Assembly: GCA_904063045.1 (NCBI GenBank)
Contig: CAJFCJ010000005.1
Location: forward strand, 243,310 to 307,309
Origin: Dimorphilus gyrociliatus
Taxonomy: Eukaryota; Animalia; Annelida
Direction: 5' to 3'
DNA: 64,000 nt
Shown here: one piece after another, positions 1 through 9,343 of the stretch
Layout: every line of letters starts with the position of its first letter
Numbering within the stretch: the first letter of the stretch is position 1
Notes under the pieces: generated by a model
What the model was told of the DNA's origin: nothing
The model's input: the letters and a program-made list of their open reading frames with translations, nothing else
Databases searched by the model: none
Program-made: the position numbers and the translations under genes

Positions 1-5
1 CATCT

Positions 6-254
6 TTGAGGAGAAGAATAATAAATCATCGTTGCTTAGGTATTTTTTACCCTTTAGAGAATAGTCAAAAATTAATTGACTTATTACGGGAGGAATATGA
101 ATGTTTTGAAATTGGTAGAGATGATAGAGATATTTCAAGTTTTTTGTTACAGACTTTATCGAAAGAATCTTCAACGACTTTAATTCTCCTACCAATAAAT
201 TATCCATATCTCGATCACGCTCTTTTATTTTCTATAAAACGTTCGCATCACTGA
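6..254 (+). CDS. Possible 3' end of a gene entering from the previous window; product unknown
   Basis: 82-codon open frame at the window edge with protein-like composition; no recognisable motif. Confidence 0.2.
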   Translation: MRRRIINHRCLGIFYPLENSQKLIDLLREEYECFEIGRDDRDISSFLLQTLSKESSTTLILLPINYPYLDHALLFSIKRSHH

Positions 255-751
255 GCGATAATTCAGTAGGATGTGGAACTCTCCTACTGGAACTGATTTC
301 ATTTTAACGTTTCGTCTTGACGTTTTTTTTTCTTTCAGTCAATTTAATTTAACGTTAAAACTATATATTAACTTATATTATGTAAATATGTGTACGTAAG
401 CAAAATTTACGAATTTAAAATTGTTAATAATAAAGGGTGAAAAAAAGAAGAAGGTAACAATAGACTTTATTTAAGGCGTATAGCTTTATTTTTATTATGA
501 AAATGGGACACCGTAACATCTTTGGAATATTATTCGACGCAGAGAGAATACATATAAAATCAATATTTGCATACGCTTTCTAGAGTTTCAAAGTAATTAA
601 ATTAACTAGGTTGTACGTATGAAAGTTTTTCATAATTACAGTCGAAAAGTATTCATATATGTACCATAAACTTATTTTTTATTATTTCATTTTATCGCTC
701 AAAGACTAATGATCATTTATTAAATGGTATATATTAAGTAGTAATATACAA

Positions 752-2500
752 ATGGATACAATTGAGAATTCTTGGAATATATTCTTATCATTAAGAAGTC
801 AATGTTTAGAATTTATAGCAAAAAATTTGCTCAATATTCGTAAACTTTGCCAATTTCATAATTTTATTGTTCCCCATCAATTAGGTGATCTTATCTTTGA
901 ACACGCGAATAGAGAAAATGAATTTTTAACTAAAGATGAATTGAAATTATTCTCATCGAATATATTAACATTAACAAAAGTGAATATAGACAAGGAAAAA
1001 TTTGGTAATGAAGAGAATTTTGAATTTTTAAAAAATCATCCAATTTGCAGTTTTCATACTTCAAGTTTTGATTATTTAGATAGTTTAATGTTGAATATCG
1101 ATGCAAAGAATATCAAAGAATTATCATTATACAATTGTTCTATAAAATCGAGTCAAGTTTCAGAGTTTTTTAAAGCGGCTTCTTCGTTGAGAAAGTTGAA
1201 AATTAATAGTATGAACCTTGAAGGTGAAGAATGTAAAAATATCTTTAAAGAATGCCTTCCGGTATGCTGTAATTTGAAGGAGATTCACTTGAATTTTTGT
1301 CAATTATCACCGGAAGTTGGTGAATATATTGGAATATTTATAGGTCATCAAACTCAATTAAGTATATTAAATCTTTCGAATACAAACCTCGAAGACGATA
1401 TTGGTAGATGTATGTTTGAAAATATTACGCCATCTTGTTGCGGTGTAAGAGAATTGAATATGAAAGGTTGTAAATTCTGTCCAAAGATGAGCGGATACCT
1501 GTGCAAATTTATAGGATATCAGACTCAACTCGTTACGTTGAATCTAGAAGATACAAATCTAAAAGGAGATATTGGAAGAAATCTCTTTCAAAACACGTCT
1601 CCCTTGTGCTGTAATATTGAAAAATTGTATCTTATCTACTGTAAATTTTCACCGGAAATGAGTGAACATTTAGGTAAATTTATCGGAAATCAAAAATACC
1701 TTAAAGTAATTAATTTTAAAGGAACAGACCTTAAAGGAGATATTGGAAATAATATCTTTAGAGATACAATTCCTTTATCCTATAATCTAAGAAGTATTGA
1801 CCTAAGCCATTGTGAATTTTCCAGTGAAATGAGCGAAAATTTAGGAAAGTTTATTGGAAGACAAATTCAGTTGACAAGGTTAAAATTCTTTTTATCAAAT
1901 CTTAAATCGGATATTGGTATGAATATTTTTCGTAACATTTCAAAGTCTTGCTGTAATTTAGAATATTTGAGTTTAAGTAGTTGTTACTTGTCGTTGAGAA
2001 TGAGTAAATATCTTGGAGAGTTTATTGGACGACAAACAAAATTGAAAACGCTCCTTCTAGACGAAACTAATATTAAAGATGATATTGGAAAGAATATATT
2101 CCAGAATACACCATCGTCCTTTTGTAATTTGAATGAACTCCATCTTAATGGTTGTAATCTTACGGCCGATATGAGTGGATGTCTTGGTTCGTTTATCGGT
2201 AATCAAACTCAACTAGAAATTCTTTTACTTATTGGAATTGACCTTAGAAATGATATTGGAAAAAATTTGTTTCAAAGCATTTCGTCCTCTTGTAATAATT
2301 TAAAGAAATTGATTTTAAATTATTGTCTCTTCTCTCAAGATATGAGTCAACATCTCGCAGTATTCATTCAACGTCAAAAGCGTCTAAATACTTTTGAATT
2401 TTTCCAGACCAATCTCAAAGGAGATATAGGAAAAGATATCATTCAAAGCATTCCTCCATCTTGCCGTAATTTAGGAGGTTATTCAAATTTATTTGTTTAA
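752..2500 (+). CDS. BC-box/cullin-2-box (VHL-box-like) protein with ribonuclease-inhibitor-type LRRs; putative CRL2 E3 substrate receptor
   Basis: N-terminal SLRSQCLEFIAKNL (BC-box pattern [ST]LxxxCxxxI) followed by VPHQLGDLIF (cullin-box-like P-x-x-L-x-x-x-I). Seven regular 57-aa units (CxNLxxLxLxxC...FIGxQxxLxxLxLxxTNLKxDIG). No intron evident. Confidence 0.8.
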   Translation: MDTIENSWNIFLSLRSQCLEFIAKNLLNIRKLCQFHNFIVPHQLGDLIFEHANRENEFLTKDELKLFSSNILTLTKVNIDKEKFGNEENFEFLKNHPICSFHTSSFDYLDSLMLNIDAKNIKELSLYNCSIKSSQVSEFFKAASSLRKLKINSMNLEGEECKNIFKECLPVCCNLKEIHLNFCQLSPEVGEYIGIFIGHQTQLSILNLSNTNLEDDIGRCMFENITPSCCGVRELNMKGCKFCPKMSGYLCKFIGYQTQLVTLNLEDTNLKGDIGRNLFQNTSPLCCNIEKLYLIYCKFSPEMSEHLGKFIGNQKYLKVINFKGTDLKGDIGNNIFRDTIPLSYNLRSIDLSHCEFSSEMSENLGKFIGRQIQLTRLKFFLSNLKSDIGMNIFRNISKSCCNLEYLSLSSCYLSLRMSKYLGEFIGRQTKLKTLLLDETNIKDDIGKNIFQNTPSSFCNLNELHLNGCNLTADMSGCLGSFIGNQTQLEILLLIGIDLRNDIGKNLFQSISSSCNNLKKLILNYCLFSQDMSQHLAVFIQRQKRLNTFEFFQTNLKGDIGKDIIQSIPPSCRNLGGYSNLFV

Positions 2501-2818
2501 TGGAGAAAATGGCGAAAGATTTTACGGAGAAGAGAGATTTTCGAGAAAAGCGCTGGATTTACATTGAAGAAGAGAATGAACATGTAAAAAAAAATTAACA
2601 TATTTAATGTTTTTTCTATATTTTCAAAATTTATTATTTACATCATCAAATCAAAATTGATAAGATAACATAAACACATTGCTTTTATATACAGATTTAA
2701 TCTTTGAAAATATCATTTTAACTAAGGTTTAACTTGGAGTTTGATAGCAGCAATAAAAGAATAATATACAGCACAGCAAATCTTGCAAAATACTTATGAA
2801 ATATGGCAAAAAGTACAA

Positions 2819-5800
2819 TTAATTATTGTTCCCTTCAGAAAAACAAGAAATGTTAGATCTGTCACTAGAATAATTTGAAGTATCGGGAAATCTTCTACTC
2901 ATCTTATCTTTGATTTTTAGCCAATATTTCGGTACATTCTCCCCGTCGAATAAAATATTAAACATAATTAAATGTTGATTGTTCAACTGTTTATTAAGAA
3001 ATTTCCAAAATTCATCAGATAGTTCCGAATTGCCACTTAGATCCAACAAAGTCAGTTTTTTAGGTTTGGATAAATAATTAGTTATACCATTTAAAATTGT
3101 ATCGTTCAAGTTGCATTCCATCATATAAATTTCACTTATATGCTTTGAAAATTTATGCAAAACCGTTAGAATCTTTTCACCAGATCTTCCATTCAATTTA
3201 TTTTCACTAATATCAAAAATTTGTAAATATTCGAAATATTTCAAAGATGTAATTAACGAATTTGTAATTGAAGAAGTGAAATCACATTGAGATAACTTTA
3301 ATACTTCCAATTTTCGATTATTCTTACATAATCCATTTAATAGAACTTCTCCGTATTCATCAAAGAGTTCATTTTCACTAAGATCCAAAAATTTCAAATT
3401 CTTGTTTCTGTTAAAACTATCTTCTAAGTATTTTAAAGGTTGATCAAGACAGCTCAATTTAATATCTCGTAATTCAATGTGAAGAAGGCTTTTCTTTTTG
3501 CTCAAGCAGTCAATAATCTCTTTAGAAAAGACGCTAAAATCATTTTTCATAATATTTATAACTTCTATTTTGTCTAATTTCATTAAAAATTCAACCAAGT
3601 AGCTATCTTCTCCTGGCATTAAATTGTTGTCGTACAAATATAATTCACGAAGTTGGCTCTGCCGTTCATTCAATGAAAGCAATAATAGTTTACATACTTC
3701 GTCACCTATCTTATTTTCGCTGATTGAAAAGCTAGTTAGATTTGAACAATTCACCAAAACTTTACAAATCTCAAGATTGTCGAAACCCTCTGGACTTATC
3801 CTCAAAGATCGAAGACCTAATTTTTCTAATAGTTTCGGATTAATTTCTTCCGATTGAAATAGTCTATTTGTATTGCCGAATGTACAGAATGCAATATCTA
3901 ATGTCCGTAGAGAAGGAATTGATTTTAACATATCACAGAATGTTTTGTTATTAATCTCTTCCTGTTTACGTAATCCTAGTTTTTCTATTACACTTCCTGG
4001 ACGAGATATAATGGGGAATATTGATTCACAGTTTAGATTTTCAGTGTTTAAACATCTGCCGATTTGGTCAATCTCATTGCATGTTTTGCATTTTCCCAAT
4101 TCTAAATATTTTATTTTCGTATTTTTTTCAAAGATTTTTAGAAAACTATCTTGATTCCCTTGTAAATCAAGAGTACTTTTCCAGAACGATAACTCTTGAA
4201 TATTACTGCAATACTCTCCAATTTTTGAAAGAACTTTGAAACCTACTGTTGACTTATCTAAAAATAAAATACTCAAACAATCCTTACTATTCTGTATTAC
4301 TTTTGAGAGATTGTGCGTTACATCAATACATCCGTAAGAGATAGATAAAGTTTTCAATTTCAGCCCTCCTTCGTGGATTGTTTCCAGTATAGCATTCCAA
4401 CTGGAGCTTGTAAATTGTTGTGGTATGAAAGTTAACCTATATAATCGCAAAGTTTTTATATTTTCCATTGTTTTCATAAATGAAATATTATTCCAACAGT
4501 TAAAAAATATTACATCAAGAATTGACAAGGAATGATGCAATCCCTTGCTGTAGGACACCTTTGATAATAACTCCAAATGTTCATCATTCAGAACTATATT
4601 CTGAATATTCACAGACCATATTTCAAATTCTTTATTCTGTAATATCTCAAGAAAATATTTCAAATATTTAGACGGCGTGGCGTCTTCATTAATATCCAAA
4701 ATGTTGAATTTCAAAGTAAAATCAATAATGGAAATAATTTCTCTCAAAGCCGATAAATTAAAAATATCATAATCAATAAACTGTACGAGTTTAATATACG
4801 CAAAGTTTTTGCTTTTATCCGAAGAGAAAAATGTTGAGTTCTTTTTGCAGTTCAAAACTTTCAAGTTCACTAATTTTGAAATGCAACTTTCGATTGTCAA
4901 CAATAGACTTTTCTTTAATCCATTGTTATAAATATATAACTCTTCTAATAAGTTTGAATTATTAGAAATGAGGTTCAGTATATTTTCCATTTCACCGTTA
5001 AGTGCATTCGACGAGATATCTAGTATTGTCAGAACTTGAATGTTTATTATACGGATAATAGTCTCGTGTATACTTTCTCGCCTACTTTTAAAATAATCTC
5101 TTAAGATGATCTCTTTTGGCCAATGATCTTTCGTTGTTTGAAATTGTATACATGCCAAACCGTTTTTAGACAGGTTAATTCCTTGCAAATTAGCAAAAGT
5201 ATCATCTAAATCTAATCTAATGGTACCTTCTAAAAAGCAATCTTCCAAAGATAAATGTATCAAGTTCATTGATAAACTTCTCATATTAGATAAACTTTCA
5301 TATCCAGTTATACCAATTTCATTTCTACTCAAGTTTAAAATTTCCAAATTTTTTAATTCCCTTAAAAATTCCAGATTATCGTCTAATTGACAATTTTCTA
5401 ATTGGAGATTTTTCAATTTGGATAGCTCTGAGATTTTACCCGTCATAATGCTCCCAAACTCGTTACAAAATACCGAATCAGACAAATTTAGATATACGAT
5501 CGTTGAAGGAAATATTGCGGTATCTTCTTTGATATTTTCTCGCAGAAAATGGCAAGCAGTTAATTCTAAATGTGTCAAGTTGTTATATTGATAACGGATT
5601 GACTTATTTCCCAATAACGACTTGATATTATTGCCAGACAAGTACAACTTCTTTAATGATCGACTCTCAAAAGGTATTCTAGTATCTAAATCAGTTATAG
5701 AGCATTGACTCAGGTATAATTCAGTCAAACTTGTACATTTTCCAATTGCGTGATACAAGTAAACCATGCCTTTACTTTCTATTGAATTCTTGCTTAAACT

Positions 5801-7816
5801 CAATACTTGTAATTTTTCTAATCTTTTCAAACATTCCGAAAGATTACTAATTCCCATCGACGTTATAGTACAATCATCAAAGTATATTTCTGTTAATTTA
5901 TTATATTTGTTGCTGTTTATACAACTTACAAATTCAGTCATAATTCCATCTGTTTGAACAGTTAATATAGTAATATATATGTATTTTAAGAAATAAGTAA
6001 GAAAGTATTTACCTCTTATAGTATTCATAGAAAGATTTAAAGTTTTTAGATAAGGACACGATTTCAACCATTTAATGATTATTTCTAATTCTCTCTTTTG
6101 CAAGTTGCAATTGACTAACGATAACTTTAATAATTCCATTTTCACTTTTAAATCTAATTCGTTGTCTAAACTCTCTTTTTCAATGTAATTTCCTTCAATT
6201 TCAACAGTTTCTAATTGTGGATGAGTTTTAAGAAATATCAATAGATCTTTAAGAAATATCGGTTTTCGAAGACCTTCAATTACACTGATATGTTTCAGAT
6301 TGGGAAGTCGTTCGTCAACGAAATGCTCAAAATCAAATGTTACATTTGAAAAGTATATTTCAACAATTTGCGAATCAAGTTGAAAAAGGAAATGAATAGC
6401 TTGCGGAGGAATTCTTAGATTATGAAGTGAACAAATTTCATTTTTCATTTCAATTATTTTTAATATTTCGTCTGCAATATCAGTGGTTTTCTTTAAAATG
6501 ATAGGATATATTTGACACATATTCAGATAAATTTGCGGATTTATGGTTCGTAAGAACCTAAAGATATTCGCCTTTTGGATACAATCTATATCTTCTTCCT
6601 GAATATTATCTTTCATGTCGATTTCATTTTGTTGCATTGATATATATTTGGCGGCGAAATATTCTTCGTAAATACAATGCATTTCTAGCATTTTGCGTTG
6701 ATTTCGATTGTTAATATAGCGGTAAGGCAACGCTTCAGGTTGGTTATAAAAAATATTTCTAAAGGCAGTTTTACCAATTTTCCTAATAGTTGTTTCGTCT
6801 TCGCCAAAATCTAAATCAAGTATATGTTCATATATTTCACCAATATCTTTCAATTCGTTAAAGTCTGTACATCTCATCCAGAGATATTGTAGCAAAACCG
6901 CAAAAAGCGGTATCAAGCATTTATTATACAAAATAGGATTCTGTTGAAGATTATCGATCAATTTCAAGGCACAATACTCACTAGACTCAATGCCTCTAGG
7001 ATTACTTATATGAACGAAAGCTATATTATATGTCTTTTCACGAAGTAGCCTCTTAAAGAATATTTGTAGAGAATTTTGGGAAAATCCTTTAATTTCCATA
7101 CACGAATCGCAGATATCATTAATATTATTCACAGTGCAGCCTCTTTTAAAAATGATAACTTTATCTGCCCAAAACTTATTCTCTCTTATTCGTTGAATTA
7201 TTGGTTGAGCGAGACAACTTTGAGCATTATCTAAAAATAGAATCTTTTTCCGTTGAAGATTCGTTTCATATCTGAAATAGTCTTCAGCTCCATTGAAATC
7301 TTTCGTTACTTCTGCCAAGAAGTCATCAAGTCTCTCCGACCAATATCTTTGATTATGTTTCTCCTTAAAAATGAAAGGAATAAAGGCGTCGTGAAGATCC
7401 TCTTTTTTACACCATAAATCAATCATTCTATCTAAATAGAAACTTTTACCAACGCCATCTTTTCCTTTAATGAGAAAGACATGTTTGTCAGATTTAGATT
7501 GAATTTGATCCCAAACAAATTGTCCGTCGTCATTCTTCTCATCTGAAATAGTTATGTCTGTGAAAATGTCTTCCATTCGATATTCAATGCCATCTAGATA
7601 TAGTATGTTTATTTTGGTCAGTCGTTCGCTGTGAAATCCCTTGATGAGATCACATATCGTTTGTTCTGTATAGTTCATCATAAAAGTGTTATTCTGTATA
7701 TTTGTCGAAGAAGTTTTTGGAGCTCTGGTAATAAGTTTTAGGCGATAGTTGTTTCTGGATTGGCAGGTGGCTAGAACTGAACTGTATTTTTTCTTCTTAT
7801 TACCAAATTCTTTATT
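2819..7816 (-). CDS. NACHT-LRR (NLR-like) protein, ~1600 aa
   Basis: Walker A GKDGVGKS, Walker B-like KILFLDNAQ, CLIPLFAVL (NACHT C..PL motif), winged-helix EEYFAAKYI, then a very long LRR array. The frame stays open 45 codons upstream of the ORF-track ATG (7681) to a tttttcAG acceptor at 7817-7818. One probable in-frame 63-nt intron at 5950-6012 (GTAAAT...ttcaaacAG). Confidence 0.85.
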   Translation of the reverse strand, partial: NKEFGNKKKKYSSVLATCQSRNNYRLKLITRAPKTSSTNIQNNTFMMNYTEQTICDLIKGFHSERLTKINILYLDGIEYRMEDIFTDITISDEKNDDGQFVWDQIQSKSDKHVFLIKGKDGVGKSFYLDRMIDLWCKKEDLHDAFIPFIFKEKHNQRYWSERLDDFLAEVTKDFNGAEDYFRYETNLQRKKILFLDNAQSCLAQPIIQRIRENKFWADKVIIFKRGCTVNNINDICDSCMEIKGFSQNSLQIFFKRLLREKTYNIAFVHISNPRGIESSEYCALKLIDNLQQNPILYNKCLIPLFAVLLQYLWMRCTDFNELKDIGEIYEHILDLDFGEDETTIRKIGKTAFRNIFYNQPEALPYRYINNRNQRKMLEMHCIYEEYFAAKYISMQQNEIDMKDNIQEEDIDCIQKANIFRFLRTINPQIYLNMCQIYPIILKKTTDIADEILKIIEMKNEICSLHNLRIPPQAIHFLFQLDSQIVEIYFSNVTFDFEHFVDERLPNLKHISVIEGLRKPIFLKDLLIFLKTHPQLETVEIEGNYIEKESLDNELDLKVKMELLKLSLVNCNLQKRELEIIIKWLKSCPYLKTLNLSMNTIRGKYFLTYFLKYIYITILTVQTDGIMTEFVSCINSNKYNKLTEIYFDDCTITSMGISNLSECLKRLEKLQVLSLSKNSIESKGMVYLYHAIGKCTSLTELYLSQCSITDLDTRIPFESRSLKKLYLSGNNIKSLLGNKSIRYQYNNLTHLELTACHFLRENIKEDTAIFPSTIVYLNLSDSVFCNEFGSIMTGKISELSKLKNLQLENCQLDDNLEFLRELKNLEILNLSRNEIGITGYESLSNMRSLSMNLIHLSLEDCFLEGTIRLDLDDTFANLQGINLSKNGLACIQFQTTKDHWPKEIILRDYFKSRRESIHETIIRIINIQVLTILDISSNALNGEMENILNLISNNSNLLEELYIYNNGLKKSLLLTIESCISKLVNLKVLNCKKNSTFFSSDKSKNFAYIKLVQFIDYDIFNLSALREIISIIDFTLKFNILDINEDATPSKYLKYFLEILQNKEFEIWSVNIQNIVLNDEHLELLSKVSYSKGLHHSLSILDVIFFNCWNNISFMKTMENIKTLRLYRLTFIPQQFTSSSWNAILETIHEGGLKLKTLSISYGCIDVTHNLSKVIQNSKDCLSILFLDKSTVGFKVLSKIGEYCSNIQELSFWKSTLDLQGNQDSFLKIFEKNTKIKYLELGKCKTCNEIDQIGRCLNTENLNCESIFPIISRPGSVIEKLGLRKQEEINNKTFCDMLKSIPSLRTLDIAFCTFGNTNRLFQSEEINPKLLEKLGLRSLRISPEGFDNLEICKVLVNCSNLTSFSISENKIGDEVCKLLLLSLNERQSQLRELYLYDNNLMPGEDSYLVEFLMKLDKIEVINIMKNDFSVFSKEIIDCLSKKKSLLHIELRDIKLSCLDQPLKYLEDSFNRNKNLKFLDLSENELFDEYGEVLLNGLCKNNRKLEVLKLSQCDFTSSITNSLITSLKYFEYLQIFDISENKLNGRSGEKILTVLHKFSKHISEIYMMECNLNDTILNGITNYLSKPKKLTLLDLSGNSELSDEFWKFLNKQLNNQHLIMFNILFDGENVPKYWLKIKDKMSRRFPDTSNYSSDRSNISCFSEGNNN

Positions 7817-8289
7817 CTGAAAAATTTAAGTCGCAACAAAAATTCTCTTTGGGCATGATTGAATTAGATCATTTATTCTAGAATAAAAGTTTTTATTGTC
7901 GTATGATTTATTCCTTTGTATAACCTTTGTATATAACCATAGAGGTTATAGATTCATAGAGAAATTCTGACTGTTAGCTTATTTTTTATTAATCCTGCCA
8001 TAATAAACAATGAAAATTTTACAGTCCCAATAAGATGTTTCTGCAAGGGTTGTTCTTAGATTGAAAAAATATTTTTATTTATAAAATTTCAACAAAACCT
8101 GGGAGAAAAAATTTCGTACTTCGAGTAATTTAAAGATCCAAATCTGGGCAAGTGCAACCTTAGAGGAGGGAGATATATAGTATATATAAGAGACAGGTAG
8201 AGGTATAAAAACAGGCTTGTACTCGTAAGTCGAATTTCATAATATCTGTTCGGGAGAACAGACCTCTTCATTTATATATTATTTCGTTA

Positions 8290-8560
8290 GATTAAGCTTT
8301 TTTTCTCAATAAATTTTATACCGATGACTCTGTCAGTCAGAGGAGACTCGTGCAACTTCTTCATCTCCCCCTTTCTCTTTGTATTGAACTTTTCAACAAC
8401 TTTTTCAATTCTCTCCCATAATTCTTTCTTATTAGGGTGACCATTGAAGAATATTTTTATTCCTCATTTTCAGAAAACTTTATTACAGTATTTGCCTTAT
8501 TGCAATGCGCATTATCCAGCAGGAAAATGAACCTACGCTAAATTTTCTCACCAAAGAAGA
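8290..8560 (-). mobile_element. Degenerate Tc1/IS630-like transposase fragment
   Basis: Minus strand reads FIFLLDNAHCNKANTVIKF (DNAxxH-like catalytic motif) with a stop. In another frame it reads NKKELWERIEKVVEKF...KLHES, which resembles a Tc1 C-terminus. Broken by a stop and a frameshift; no TIRs found. Confidence 0.35.
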
Positions 8561-9343
8561 GTATGGCTCAGAATAATAATCAGTTTCCAATTGGTACTCT
8601 CTCGCATCCAATTGGAACATAGGATTGCGACTTTGTTGACAGGCTCCTTCTTAAAAGGGAAAATGACAGTTATATTCCTTCTCATCGACAACCAGTGACC
8701 ATAATTTATAGTTGAGTGAAATCATCGAATTAAAGAGTTATGTTTAGCAGTATAACCTTGAAATGTGAAAAGAAAAGATATCAAATGTGAAAAATTGCAT
8801 ACTTCAGCATAAAAATCAAGTTCAGTGGATTATTTTTACCAATCCCTAACAGTTAAAAATACGTATTTTTGTCTAAAAAAGTACAAGATACTATAGGTCA
8901 CATTGACCTTATAATTAGCGTAATTCTTCTTGATTAATTTAAATTGTGTAAAAGTTTGTCTTCCATTCGATTACGGGAAAGAAAAATCTAATAGTTATAC
9001 TACAAGTATTCAACGTACGATAGTTTTAATTCTATTAGTAAACATATAACTAAAAATACTAATAACGTAGACCGATATATTTCCAATGAAATTAGTCATG
9101 AATTGAAGAGAAATATTCTAGTTCCTGGTGAAGGTCGTAAGGTCACGCACGTCGTTGGCTAGATATATTGATTATCTTAGCTGGGTTTGAAAATTGCTAG
9201 GAGACGGTTGAAACTCTTTATATATTTCGATATTATTTAAGTTTGCCTTAGTATATAAATTTATATACAGTTAGACTGAAGTGAACTTTTTATACTTTCA
9301 TCTACTTTCTTAATCATGGAATAAACTTGATATTTCCTATAAA

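Noticed and set aside
3624-5957. Plus-strand ORFs 3624, 3873, 4021 and 5766
   Set aside because: Antisense shadows of the NLR CDS with no motifs.
5950-6012. Stop-free in-frame 63-nt introns (5950-6012 and 12082-12144) as regulated intron retention
   Set aside because: With dozens of ~60-nt introns in the window a few stop-free 3n cases are expected by chance; no expression data support retention.
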